Source: a virus
Lineage: Duplodnaviria; Caudoviricetes
Length of the DNA: 45,452 bases
Strand: one strand, 5' to 3'
Virus record (IMG/VR): IMGVR_UViG_3300034682_000426
Coordinates: 1-45,452 of that record
Below, in pieces: positions 18,170 through 26,937 of the stretch. The notes beneath the pieces were generated by a model. It was not told the origin of the DNA. It saw nothing but the letters and a program-made list of their open reading frames with translations, and ran no database searches. Each line of letters starts with the position of its first letter. Positions within the stretch are counted from its first letter, which is position 1. The position numbers were made by a program, and so were the translations under genes.

Positions 18170-19423
18170 TTATTGGTTGCGTTTCCAGAATTCGGCGTTG
18201 ATTTTGTTCAGCTCAGCCGGGGACATTGGGCCGCGGGCGCGGTCACCAGTTGGTTTGCCAGATGGCGGGGTGATGTGGTTCTTGGCCTTGCAGATCTCGA
18301 CGGCGGCCTTGAACACCGCATCGACGGTGGCTTTCGGCGCTTTATCGAAATCGCTAATGCCAAACGCTTTGAGGCTGTCACCAGTGCGTGCAGCATGTGC
18401 CAGCACCTGACGTTTCAGGCCTTTGTCACTGGTCGGCTGGAAGCCCGGACAGATGATCTCGGCGTCACCGATGATGTTGCGCTTGTACGCAGCATCGCAG
18501 GTCACCTTCGCATCTTCTTCAGCGTCTTCATCACAGGTCTTCTTGTCGTCGTCAGGATCAGAGTCGCCAGTCTTACCCTCCAGCTTATCGAGGCGGGCAA
18601 TGATCGTCTGCGCCCAGGCTGGCACCTCTTCATCACCGGTTTTCTTATCCGGATCGGTGTCTTCGTCGGTGGTGGTCTTCTGGTCTGCCGGCAGCGCGGT
18701 AGCCTGTGAAGGCACGTTCATGTTGATGGTCACTCCGGGGATAGAACCCATGCCATCAGACGGCATGTCCGGCGCTTCATCGATGAGCTGCGCGAGCGCG
18801 TCCTCATCTTTCGTCTTAATGGCCTGAGCCAGTTTTTTCAGCCATGACATTGCAGGCTTCTCCTTTGGTTTTGATGGGGCCGAATCCCCGATTGCACAGC
18901 GGGAACCCGCCCGACCCTTATCAACGATGGCCAGATGGTTTCCTGTGATTTCTGTTTGCTTGCCCTTGCCCGGGCCGATTTGCACGTACTGGGCGTCGTA
19001 GCCGCAGCTGACCTGGTTCTTTCCGGCGTTGACCGCATCGATACCTTCCTGGCGCTTCACCAGCACATCGGCGATCAGCAGGTCGGCTTTATCACCGGTA
19101 CCGCGGCGGACGTTCTGGATGTGACCGTGGGCCAGCTCCGCGAAGTTCGCCGGATTAACGAAAACGATGTTGCCGTCTCCGTCTTCCGGATGGTCCAGCG
19201 TTACCGCCATGCCCTCAAAGCTCGCCATCGTCTCCGGGGAGAAAACCTCGTCCTCAGTGCGATAGACGACGACAAGGCCATCAGCGCCGGGGATCAGGTC
19301 TATTTCTTCGGGAAGATAGGTTTGCGTGCCGGTTCGGGCGATCGGGACGTCTTTGCACAGCAGGGAGCCGTCCGCCAGCTGGTAGCGCGTCTCGCCCAGG
19401 CGGGTAGTGAAGAAGTATTTCAT
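18170..19423 (-). CDS. Prohead protease-scaffold (DUF2213 family)
   Basis: PIARTG, VTLDHP, VSCGYD and NHLAIVDKGRAG motifs; acidic scaffold C-terminus. Confidence 0.9.
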   Translation of the reverse strand: MKYFFTTRLGETRYQLADGSLLCKDVPIARTGTQTYLPEEIDLIPGADGLVVVYRTEDEVFSPETMASFEGMAVTLDHPEDGDGNIVFVNPANFAELAHGHIQNVRRGTGDKADLLIADVLVKRQEGIDAVNAGKNQVSCGYDAQYVQIGPGKGKQTEITGNHLAIVDKGRAGSRCAIGDSAPSKPKEKPAMSWLKKLAQAIKTKDEDALAQLIDEAPDMPSDGMGSIPGVTINMNVPSQATALPADQKTTTDEDTDPDKKTGDEEVPAWAQTIIARLDKLEGKTGDSDPDDDKKTCDEDAEEDAKVTCDAAYKRNIIGDAEIICPGFQPTSDKGLKRQVLAHAARTGDSLKAFGISDFDKAPKATVDAVFKAAVEICKAKNHITPPSGKPTGDRARGPMSPAELNKINAEFWKRNQ

Positions 19424-19620
19424 CCGTCTACCGCCCGTGTAGATTTGGCGAATTCACGCAGTAGGTGCTTAATCTGCCGAGCGTTACCTCTGCCGCCTAA
19501 ATGGCAGCGCTGAGCACGATCGCCAGCTCGCTGGTAGGTTGCGCTGATGCCGTTGTATTTGGCGGTGATGCGCACAGTCTCTCCCGCCTGCTGCTTCAGG
19601 AAATAAATATTCTTTTTCAT
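19420..19620 (-). CDS. Small basic hypothetical protein
   Basis: 66 aa, AGGT RBS, ATGA overlap with the protease gene. Confidence 0.6.
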   Translation of the reverse strand: MKKNIYFLKQQAGETVRITAKYNGISATYQRAGDRAQRCHLGGRGNARQIKHLLREFAKSTRAVDG

Positions 19621-19645
19621 GGGTTACCTGCTGAATTGCGGGCAT

Positions 19646-19669
19646 AAAAAAGGCCGCTCAGTGGCGGCC
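19646..19669 (-). terminator. Intrinsic terminator after the gpF-like gene
   Basis: GGCCGC-CACTGA-GCGGCC followed by T6 on the minus strand. Confidence 0.75.
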
Positions 19670-19671
19670 CG

Positions 19672-20448
19672 TTATTTTCTTGGCGCTGGCACCTGCACTT
19701 CCGGCCAGCATTTGCAGTTCGGCAGGCACCCGGCGTGCCCGGTCATGCCGTCCAGCGTTGGAGGGTTGTCCCAGCGCACGAAGCCACGCCCATAGACAGG
19801 ATCGACTACATTCAGCATCCCGCGATGAGATGGTCGCGTTCCAGCGCCCTCGATGCGCCACCAGTACCCCTCTGAGCCAATCGACTCCGCGCGCGCCTGG
19901 GTGAGTGCTGTGGTGGCCCTGCCAATTTCGGTGCGGGCGATCATCTTCGCGCGGCTCTCGGCCACGTCGCCGGACTCCATAATCATCCGGTACAGCGCGT
20001 CGGGGCGCTCACCATTGATGACGGCTTCCATTGCGCGAGCCTGAATGTCTCGAACGCGGTCGGCAGCTTCTAGCGGCAGAGACTTAATCAACTGCACCTG
20101 GCGGGATACGATGTCCTGAGCCACGAACCCCACCGGCGTATTGCCGACGACATCACGCAGCCCCTCAGATATCTCCTGCGACACAGAGCGCCACTGGTTC
20201 CACTCTTCCTGTTCAACCTGGAGAAACATCCGCTTAGCGACCCGGTCGGCCCAGTCGTCAATCAGCAGGGAGTAATCCATCAGCCGGGCGTTAACCTGTT
20301 CGGCGCTCGCCTGTGAACCATCGTAGGAGTCGGCTACGATTGCCCCCACCTGGCGCGCTATCTCCTGTAGGCTTTTCTGATACTGGCGCTCCGATTTGCG
20401 GCGGAGGTTCGGTTTCAGATTCAGCCTCCTCCCATTCTGCTTTGGCAT
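19672..20448 (-). CDS. Head morphogenesis protein (Mu gpF/SPP1 gp7-like)
   Basis: RAKMIARTE, TRPSH and GHAGCLPNCKC motifs. Confidence 0.9.
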   Translation of the reverse strand: MPKQNGRRLNLKPNLRRKSERQYQKSLQEIARQVGAIVADSYDGSQASAEQVNARLMDYSLLIDDWADRVAKRMFLQVEQEEWNQWRSVSQEISEGLRDVVGNTPVGFVAQDIVSRQVQLIKSLPLEAADRVRDIQARAMEAVINGERPDALYRMIMESGDVAESRAKMIARTEIGRATTALTQARAESIGSEGYWWRIEGAGTRPSHRGMLNVVDPVYGRGFVRWDNPPTLDGMTGHAGCLPNCKCWPEVQVPAPRK

Positions 20449-21775
20449 CCTGAATATCCTTGTCGGTGATAGAGCCGCCGATGCCGATGATGTCGGACAG
20501 GTTGCGGAGATCGTTCAGCGCGGCATGCTGCGGCATGCCGATATCGCGCACGGCGGTCGCCAGGGCTGTGGCCACGTTGCTCGCCATCGTCGCCCGGTCG
20601 GTGTCCGACATCTCCCAGAGCTTGTTGAACTCGAAGGTAAAGTCTTCCGGCAGCGGCTTACCGAACAGCGATCGCCAGGTTATATCCAGCAGCCAGCGTA
20701 TGTGGCGGCGCAATCGGCGCTCCTGAAGTGAGTTAACCCGGCTGTAGTAGTTCTCCAGATCCCCGTCACCCGTGCTGAATCCTGACGGTGATTGCCCGAA
20801 CAGGCGCACCAGCGGAATACCGGTTGCACCGGACACCTGCTCAGCAAAGCGCAGGATGACGTCGGCGATCCCTGCGAACGAATAGCTATGGGTGGCGAAC
20901 TCATCGCTTTTGTCCATCAGGGTCATCCCCTCGATGGTCTGAAACTCACGGATCATGTCCATGTGTTTCATCAATCCCTCATGCATAGGGTTGCCGGGGC
21001 CAAGCGCCAGAATCTTGCGCAGCCCTTCGATGCTATACGTGCGCAGGTGCGCTTTGTGAATCAGCTGCGTGGTGCCGACGGTTGCCGTATCGAAGGCCTG
21101 AATGCGCTCGAAGATACGCTCAACAACCGACATTCCCCAGCCGTTCTCAGTCTGCGCCTGCTGGAATGGCAGCGTGTCGCCCTCCATGCGGATAATGCGG
21201 CTGTGGTGAATCTTCCAGGGTGGAATGCCCTGCTGGTTGGTCACCACCCTGTAGAACTTCGGTTTGCCGAACTCGGGCCCGTAGTCTGTCACCAGGTCGT
21301 AATAGCTCGGATTGACCTGCCAGCGGTCGAGACACATCACCCCTTTAAACTGCCCCTCTTTGATGCGGTCGAGCTTCAGCGGAGTGGACATATCCTGTCC
21401 TTCCAGCAACACCACCAGCAGCGCGCCGCCATAAAGACGGGACCACTTCAGGGTGTCGTTCAAGCCGTCCCAGATAGCAATGTCGTCCCAGAATGTCTCG
21501 AATGTGCCTTTCTGTCCAGGCTCCAGCTTCGAGCTGATATTGATGCCCTTTCGGGTCATGTCATCAGCCATGTGATCGACACCAGCGCCCACCAGAAACG
21601 ATGACCGGTAGGCAAATTCCAGCTGAACGCGGTTACGGGAGATGTAGCCAGGCTGATAACTCCCGCCACTCTGTATGTTGGCCGTGTACCCGCCGAGCTT
21701 AGCCGCGAAGTTGTTATACCCGTCAGCAGTCGCAACGGGCTTTTGTGCGCCGTTATGGCGTTTCTTACGGGACAT
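20291..21775 (-). CDS. Portal protein (DUF1073 family)
   Basis: WSRLYGG, IHHSRII and TGIPLVRLFGQSPSGF motifs; ATG at 21775 with GAGG upstream. Confidence 0.9.
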   Translation of the reverse strand: MSRKKRHNGAQKPVATADGYNNFAAKLGGYTANIQSGGSYQPGYISRNRVQLEFAYRSSFLVGAGVDHMADDMTRKGINISSKLEPGQKGTFETFWDDIAIWDGLNDTLKWSRLYGGALLVVLLEGQDMSTPLKLDRIKEGQFKGVMCLDRWQVNPSYYDLVTDYGPEFGKPKFYRVVTNQQGIPPWKIHHSRIIRMEGDTLPFQQAQTENGWGMSVVERIFERIQAFDTATVGTTQLIHKAHLRTYSIEGLRKILALGPGNPMHEGLMKHMDMIREFQTIEGMTLMDKSDEFATHSYSFAGIADVILRFAEQVSGATGIPLVRLFGQSPSGFSTGDGDLENYYSRVNSLQERRLRRHIRWLLDITWRSLFGKPLPEDFTFEFNKLWEMSDTDRATMASNVATALATAVRDIGMPQHAALNDLRNLSDIIGIGGSITDKDIQDAKAEWEEAESETEPPPQIGAPVSEKPTGDSAPGGGNRSRLLRWFTGERRTG

Positions 21776-21777
21776 AA

Positions 21778-23076
21778 TTAACCTCTTTGCCCAAGCGCGG
21801 CCCATGAGCCAAGTCCGTCAGCGCTGGTAATGTAGCCGTCCAGTGAGTAGCGCACGGCATCCCACAGATGGTTGTGCTTATCCACGACAACCGGCAGAAC
21901 TTCGCCGGTCATGCGGTCTGTTTTATAGGAGTACAGGCGCGCCTCATCGACCATGTGCTTGCAGCGCTCATGGATGATGATCTCCTCGAACCCTTTCAGG
22001 TAGGTGATGCCGTCCTCAACGCTTCCCGGCCATTTGGTAGCGCCATCGATAACGAAGCCCTGACGCGAGAGATAGCTAATGGTCTCTGGTCGGCTGCAGT
22101 CGCCGTGGATGGGCCATTTTCTGGAATCCGGGATGGAGTCATAGAACGATGCCATTTCGTCCAGTTCGACACCGACGCCATACGCCTCATACTCGATGTA
22201 CAGTCTGGTGCCGATTATGAAGCAGCGGACCAGAGTGGATGGGTCGTTCGCAAAGCCGAAGTCAGCGCCATAGAACAGGCGATCGGCTTCTTTCCACAGG
22301 TCGTCAGAGAACGCCTCAACCCGGTACTTACCGGAAAAGATGACAGCCTCACTGAGCGCCTTCGGCAGGCCAAGCCAGATATGCTCGTAGGCCTCAAAGT
22401 CGATGCGCTTGCAGTACTCCATCTCGTGCCGGAGCACGTCAGGAAAGAAGGCGTTATCGCAGTAGTTGACGCAGGTGATAATCGCCCCGCCATCCGGAGG
22501 GTCGGCACGGTGCCGCTCCATCATGGCGTAAGTCGGGTCGGTAGCTTCTCGCGGGTTGAATGACACCCACACTTCAGATTTATTGGCACGAACGGTCGGA
22601 CCGAGAATATCCCAGCTGTCCTGCGATACGGTCTGCGCCTCCTCCACCCAGCATATTTTGATGCCGTGCATCGACTTGATGCTCTGGATGTTGTTGCGCA
22701 GGCCTTTGAAGGTAAACCGCGTGCCGTTGCTGCCCTCTATCTCGTTGTTCTTGACCTTGTAGAAGTGCGCCAGGCCAAGCGAGTGGATCTCAGCGTCCAG
22801 CAGCGCCAGCACCGAATCGTTGATGGAGTTCTGGAACTCACGAGCGCAGAGGATGATCATCGGCTCGATAGCGCCCAACAATACCAGTGCGCGGGCAATC
22901 TCTACCGATTTGCCACCACCACGACCGCCATACGTCCAGCGCCAGCGGACAGAGCCTATCGGTGCGTCGTACAGCGTCCCGAGCACCCAGTCGCTACTGA
23001 ATGAGTACAGGACACCATCGATTATTGTTGGGCTGTCTGCTTTCCCTCGCGCAGCTTTTCCATGTGCGCCGTCCAC
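21778..23076 (-). CDS. terL: Terminase large subunit (PBSX/headful-type); true start uncertain
   Basis: Walker A GGRGGGKS, Walker B CWVEEAQ, SFNP, nuclease DFGF and HLWDAVRY motifs. Confidence 0.95.
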   Translation of the reverse strand: MDGAHGKAARGKADSPTIIDGVLYSFSSDWVLGTLYDAPIGSVRWRWTYGGRGGGKSVEIARALVLLGAIEPMIILCAREFQNSINDSVLALLDAEIHSLGLAHFYKVKNNEIEGSNGTRFTFKGLRNNIQSIKSMHGIKICWVEEAQTVSQDSWDILGPTVRANKSEVWVSFNPREATDPTYAMMERHRADPPDGGAIITCVNYCDNAFFPDVLRHEMEYCKRIDFEAYEHIWLGLPKALSEAVIFSGKYRVEAFSDDLWKEADRLFYGADFGFANDPSTLVRCFIIGTRLYIEYEAYGVGVELDEMASFYDSIPDSRKWPIHGDCSRPETISYLSRQGFVIDGATKWPGSVEDGITYLKGFEEIIIHERCKHMVDEARLYSYKTDRMTGEVLPVVVDKHNHLWDAVRYSLDGYITSADGLGSWAALGQRG

Positions 23077-23729
23077 GCTTCAGGCGGACAGTTCGACGGC
23101 GTGACGATGCAGACCTTTCCGTAACTCAGCCCAGCCAGATCGACATTCACTTCTGTTTTGTTGCTCATGTCGATGCCGGTGAGCTGCGCTGCGTTCTTGA
23201 TGTTCGGGGCCACCTGCCCAAACTTCTCAGCATCAAGCGCGGCTTTTGCCGATTTGTAGGAGAGTTCAGCCAGGTCTTTCGCGTCGAATGATACGAGCAG
23301 CGCGGCATCCTGACGCAGTTCCCTGATGCGCCTGCGGATATCCGGGCGCTTGAACAGGATGGACGCCTGAGAGTCAGCGCGCGATGGCGAGTAGCCAGCG
23401 CATATCGCCGCCTCTTTCTGTGGCATGCCTCGTGCGATGTTCTGCGCAAATTGCTCATGCTGTGGCTTTAGGATGCCCGCGCTTTCCTGCGCAGTATCAC
23501 CGTCAGTCGATGAAGAGGCCTCAACCACAACAACATGTGGCATCTGGCTTTGCGCAGGTTTGCGCACTTCCTTCTGCGCAGTTTTTTGCGCAGCTGGCTT
23601 TTTAATGTACCTGCGCGCAGATGTGTAATTCAGTCCCTGCGCTTCGCACCACTCTTTCGGTGATATACCCGTTTTGGCATGCTCGGCGAGGAACTGGTCT
23701 TGCAGCGCTCCCCAGTCCGGTTTTGCCAT
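23022..23729 (-). CDS. terS: Terminase small subunit
   Basis: MAKPDW N-terminal HTH and a second HTH ([10 protein letters not shown]); GGAG RBS; upstream of TerL. Confidence 0.9.
   Translation of the reverse strand: MAKPDWGALQDQFLAEHAKTGISPKEWCEAQGLNYTSARRYIKKPAAQKTAQKEVRKPAQSQMPHVVVVEASSSTDGDTAQESAGILKPQHEQFAQNIARGMPQKEAAICAGYSPSRADSQASILFKRPDIRRRIRELRQDAALLVSFDAKDLAELSYKSAKAALDAEKFGQVAPNIKNAAQLTGIDMSNKTEVNVDLAGLSYGKVCIVTPSNCPPEAWTAHMEKLREGKQTAQQ
23040..23046 (-). promoter_or_regulatory. Slippery heptamer G GGA AAG linking the terS frame to the terL frame (-1)
   Basis: terS codons GAG GGA AAG; the -1 frame GGG AAA GCA is the terL ORF. Confidence 0.6.
23443..23592. repeat. Array of six TGCGCA palindromes in terS (candidate pac/TerS-binding region)
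   Basis: TGCGCA at 23443, 23488, 23551, 23561, 23575 and 23587. Confidence 0.5.
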
Positions 23730-23741
23730 TGGTCACTCCAT

Positions 23742-23936
23742 TCAAACGAGTTCAGTCTCGATGGATACTTTCTTCATGAGAGCGTTGGTAAGCTCATCAA
23801 GAATGTATGCCTGTAGTTGCGGGGTAAGGCGTCGTCCGGCTAGTGCCGTTTTGAGCCTTTCAAACTCATCGAGCATATCCTGCTCGGTCGGTAAGCCAAC
23901 AACGGTTACTTTCAGTTCCATAGTCTCTTCTCCCAT
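23742..23936 (-). CDS. Small hypothetical protein
   Basis: 64-aa ORF co-oriented with the late operon; start may be the ATG at 23921. Confidence 0.6.
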   Translation of the reverse strand: MGEETMELKVTVVGLPTEQDMLDEFERLKTALAGRRLTPQLQAYILDELTNALMKKVSIETELV

Positions 23937-24058
23937 CCCCTGCAGGGGATATTTGATATTTATCTGCTCAAGGGGATATCCATTATCAAGCCCACCCGCA
24001 GATGAGCTTTGGAATGGAAAGCCGTTGTGAAATTGGCTCTCGAAGCTATTTTTGTAGC

Positions 24059-24748
24059 TTAGGCCGCCAGACGGTGCTGTTCTTCGATAAGTGGTCGGCG
24101 GTGATTACGCTCGAACATTATTGTTAGCTCGGCTTTGCGCTTGTCATAATCCCAGCCCATATTGATGAACACAGTGTCAGCACGCTGAAGCTCAGTGATT
24201 GCCCTGATCTGTTCAGCAGTCAGGTAGTCGCGAATTGCTTCTGCTTTACCAATGTCGTTTTCCTTTCTGAATTTTGCGGCGGTAGTACCAAGGACGATCC
24301 GGTTAATCATGTTTGCTTCATTGCTGAAGTGATAATGCTCAACCTCTTTACCTTCCGCCTCCTTGCTGTGCTTGATAGCGTTTGTCATCGGGCGATACTC
24401 AACGCGGGCCAGCTCCCGCTCGGCCTGAATAGCAGCTTCTTTCTTCGCCTTCTCGCGGTATTCAATAAAACTGTCTACCAGACGAACCTGTCCATCTCTT
24501 GCTTTTTCCCCGCCAATAAATGGCATGGCAATCAGGAAGCCGCGCTCAGTTAGTTCATAAGCTGGTTGAGTTTTGTTCTGTTTATCGATGTAAGAGGAGG
24601 GCTTGAAATCAAGCTCACCTAAATGTCCACTATCAATAAGTGATCGCAGGTTCTGCATGAGGTTTTTATGCTCACGCCCAAATTCCTCTGCGACTACTTT
24701 GCTACTTACAACAGGCTGACCATTTGCGATTTTAATAAGATGCTTCAT
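24059..24748 (-). CDS. rha: Rha family phage regulatory protein
   Basis: VSSKVVAEEFGREHKNLMQ and YELTERGFLIAMPFIGGEKA motifs; P22-like position after Rz. Confidence 0.85.
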   Translation of the reverse strand: MKHLIKIANGQPVVSSKVVAEEFGREHKNLMQNLRSLIDSGHLGELDFKPSSYIDKQNKTQPAYELTERGFLIAMPFIGGEKARDGQVRLVDSFIEYREKAKKEAAIQAERELARVEYRPMTNAIKHSKEAEGKEVEHYHFSNEANMINRIVLGTTAAKFRKENDIGKAEAIRDYLTAEQIRAITELQRADTVFINMGWDYDKRKAELTIMFERNHRRPLIEEQHRLAA

Positions 24749-24977
24749 TGCGTTTTACCTTACTAGTGAGATGAACCTTTGCCGAAATGAAACGCCAGCC
24801 CACCGAAGGCTCGCCAGCACTAAACTGACGTCTCCAAAGGCTCATTTCACAGGTTAGGGTTCGGTGTGTTTAAGTTTGCATAGTCATGCGATAGCCAATC
24901 AGGAGCGGGCCTTTCGCATTTCAGCCATGCTCTGCCATTTCGGGTGGCAGTTCTTCTTGGGGTTTGTCATGCCCAAT

Positions 24978-25005
24978 AAAAAAAGCCCGACCGGAGTCAG
25001 GCTTT
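24978..25005 (-). terminator. Intrinsic terminator after Rz
   Basis: AAAGCCTGAC-TCCG-GTCGGGC followed by T7. Confidence 0.8.
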
Positions 25006-25028
25006 GTTTGTGTAAAAGGGGTGACGAA

Positions 25029-25484
25029 TTACTTCAGGCACTGCGTCCTGACATATTCCTGCAAGCCGGTCAGTTGCTTTGTGACTGTGGCGATCCCGTC
25101 TCTGAGACGCCAATAATTGAGTTCAGCATCTGCTGTAAGTCGAGGGCTTGAGCCATCAGCCAGGCTGGAGGATCCGGTGGTTTCGTCTTTGGAGCAGGTG
25201 GCGGCGATTTGCAGCCGACGCTTACCAGCGACAACATCAGCACGAAGCCTGTCATTCTCAGCTTGCGCATCAGCTAACTCCTTCGTGTATTTGGCATCAA
25301 GTGCAGCGACATCACGCTGACGGGTTTGCATGTCGGTGATGGTGGCTTTTGCCAGCGCCAGACTTTGCTCAGCAGCATCAGCGCGGGTCTTCTCTCCCTT
25401 ATAGCTGGAGTACGAGAGCCATGACGCCAGCGCCAGCAGGAGAATCACTCCCGGAACTATCAGCGACTTCAGGCTGATGTTCAT
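25029..25484 (-). CDS. rz: i-spanin Rz
   Basis: N-terminal TM helix; QRDVAALDAKYTKELADA and LQEYVRTQC motifs. Confidence 0.95.
   Translation of the reverse strand: MNISLKSLIVPGVILLLALASWLSYSSYKGEKTRADAAEQSLALAKATITDMQTRQRDVAALDAKYTKELADAQAENDRLRADVVAGKRRLQIAATCSKDETTGSSSLADGSSPRLTADAELNYWRLRDGIATVTKQLTGLQEYVRTQCLK
25070..25270 (-). CDS. rz1: o-spanin Rz1 lipoprotein embedded in Rz
   Basis: Lipobox SVGC and Pro-rich PPDPPAWLM; nested in an alternate frame of Rz. Confidence 0.9.
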   Translation of the reverse strand: MRKLRMTGFVLMLSLVSVGCKSPPPAPKTKPPDPPAWLMAQALDLQQMLNSIIGVSETGSPQSQSN

Positions 25485-25876
25485 GCGGGGATCTCAACGT
25501 GAGGCGCGTCGATGAATTTGGTTTCGATAGGCAGCGCCGGGTCATTCTTCCAGTTGATGCCGAAGCGGAGTTTCAGGCCCTGCTCGTCAGCTGCCTGCTT
25601 AACCGCTTTGAGCAGAGGGTGGAACTCTTCAATCTTCCAGGTGGTGTTGACCGGGATGATGTCGACGGCGTGACCGGTCAGGTGACGGCTGTTCATCGTC
25701 TGAGATTTCCCGGTAGCGACCAGCTCTTTCTGCCGGGCCTGAGTTCTCAGCCCTTCAATAACGATGAAGTCTACCGGTGTGATTTCCAGCGCGCGGCGAA
25801 TCACTTTCACCAGGTCAGGATTGACGCCTTTAAGGTTGTTCTCGCTGCGCTGAGAGAATTTGAAATTTTTAGTCAT
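25481..25876 (-). CDS. Endolysin, M15 family L-Ala-D-Glu peptidase
   Basis: SRHLTGHAVD and DAPHVE zinc-peptidase motifs; ATG at 25876. Confidence 0.9.
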   Translation of the reverse strand: MTKNFKFSQRSENNLKGVNPDLVKVIRRALEITPVDFIVIEGLRTQARQKELVATGKSQTMNSRHLTGHAVDIIPVNTTWKIEEFHPLLKAVKQAADEQGLKLRFGINWKNDPALPIETKFIDAPHVEIPA

Positions 25877-26154
25877 TGCCCGGCCTTCTGGAATACTTTT
25901 GCGAGATTGCCGCGGGAGCGCCACACGGCGATGCAGATAGCGATGTTCAGCATCAGCTCGCCAGGATCGACCTGCAGGTATTTGCCGTAGAGGATGCGGA
26001 ATGCCGTAAAGCCGGCTGCGAGGATCATCATGTACGCCATCCATGCCACGGCAGGGCGGTGTCGCTTCCCGCTCTTACTGAAGAACATCAGCCTGATGGC
26101 GATCAGCGCGCAGATAATGGCGTTTACATCAAGAACGATGGTTTGCCATGTCAT
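25873..26154 (-). CDS. Holin-family membrane protein (DUF754-like)
   Basis: Three hydrophobic segments and a RGNLAK terminus; lysis cassette. Confidence 0.8.
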   Translation of the reverse strand: MTWQTIVLDVNAIICALIAIRLMFFSKSGKRHRPAVAWMAYMMILAAGFTAFRILYGKYLQVDPGELMLNIAICIAVWRSRGNLAKVFQKAGQ

Positions 26155-26549
26155 TTACCTTCCTCCTCCAGTCCCGGCATTTTCCCCCGTTTTGATTTGG
26201 CGAGGATGCGTAACAGGACTGCGACAGAGATGGAAGCGGAAACCAGCGCGCCAATGTTCGGGGATACCTCGATGCTTACCGGCGGCTGTAGCAGGCCAAG
26301 GGCGGTGTTAATCACCCCGGCCAGTATCTTCGCCATTGGCACAGAGAAGAAAACCCCGCCGACAAAGCTGATGACGGCGAACAGGAACTGCTTCCACAGT
26401 TGGTGTGGATCGGATGTCAGAACGTACATTGCTGCGCCAGCCAGCGCGCACAGCATTACGCCGGGCGTTGCCTCGGGGAACAGAGATGCGAACGTCACTC
26501 CGATTGTTGCGGACGTTACACCGCCAGCAATGGTTAGAGGTTCAGACAT
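26151..26549 (-). CDS. Putative holin/antiholin
   Basis: Multiple TM segments, GVMLCALAGAAMYV, charged C-terminus; first late gene. Confidence 0.8.
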   Translation of the reverse strand: MSEPLTIAGGVTSATIGVTFASLFPEATPGVMLCALAGAAMYVLTSDPHQLWKQFLFAVISFVGGVFFSVPMAKILAGVINTALGLLQPPVSIEVSPNIGALVSASISVAVLLRILAKSKRGKMPGLEEEGK

Positions 26550-26626
26550 AGGTGGTCCATGTGTAGAGAAGGCCGTCAGACACGAGGGCTACGTGGCATC
26601 TGAGGGTGATTGTCTGCGGCCTGAAT

Positions 26627-26650
26627 AAAAAAGGCGGGCTCTGGTCCGCC
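26627..26650 (-). terminator. Second late-leader terminator
   Basis: GGCGG...CCGCC followed by T6. Confidence 0.7.
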
Positions 26651-26711
26651 AATCGATGGGTGCTGCGTTGCGCTATGCGCTTATAGTCCCAGGTAGCGGG
26701 ATTCAGATACG

Positions 26712-26740
26712 AAAAAGCCACCGGCATTAACCAGTGGCTT
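26712..26740 (-). terminator. tR'-like terminator
   Basis: AAGCCACTGG-TTAATG-CCGGTGGC followed by T5. Confidence 0.8.
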
Positions 26741-26885
26741 GGATTTTTGGTGATGGCTCAAGTCGCGTTTTGGCTGTCGCCACACAATTCAGCTTTTGGG
26801 CTTTCGATGTCCCCGATTCATGAGCGCTGTCATCTTGCTCTTCATCACCGCGCTCTTTCGCCTTTGACGTCCGAGCATATACTGA

Positions 26886-26913
26886 ATTATGCACTTTCAT
26901 TTCGCCAAATCAA
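26886..26913 (-). promoter_or_regulatory. Late promoter PR'
   Basis: TTGATT, 16 bp, CATAAT immediately downstream of Q. Confidence 0.65.
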
Positions 26914-26937
26914 TACTTTCAGATAAATATTTTCTAA

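Noticed and set aside
20792-21604. 270-aa plus-strand ORF and similar long antisense ORFs (17607-18410, 21868-22563, 25876-26628, 38099-38815)
   Set aside because: Shadows of GC3-rich genuine genes on the opposite strand.
24899-24970. 23-codon minus-strand ORF upstream of rha
   Set aside because: No clear RBS and too short to support.
26790-26860. Possible hammerhead ribozyme in the late leader (TGATGA...GAAA)
   Set aside because: The core reads GTGATGA rather than CTGATGA and the stems do not fit hammerhead topology.
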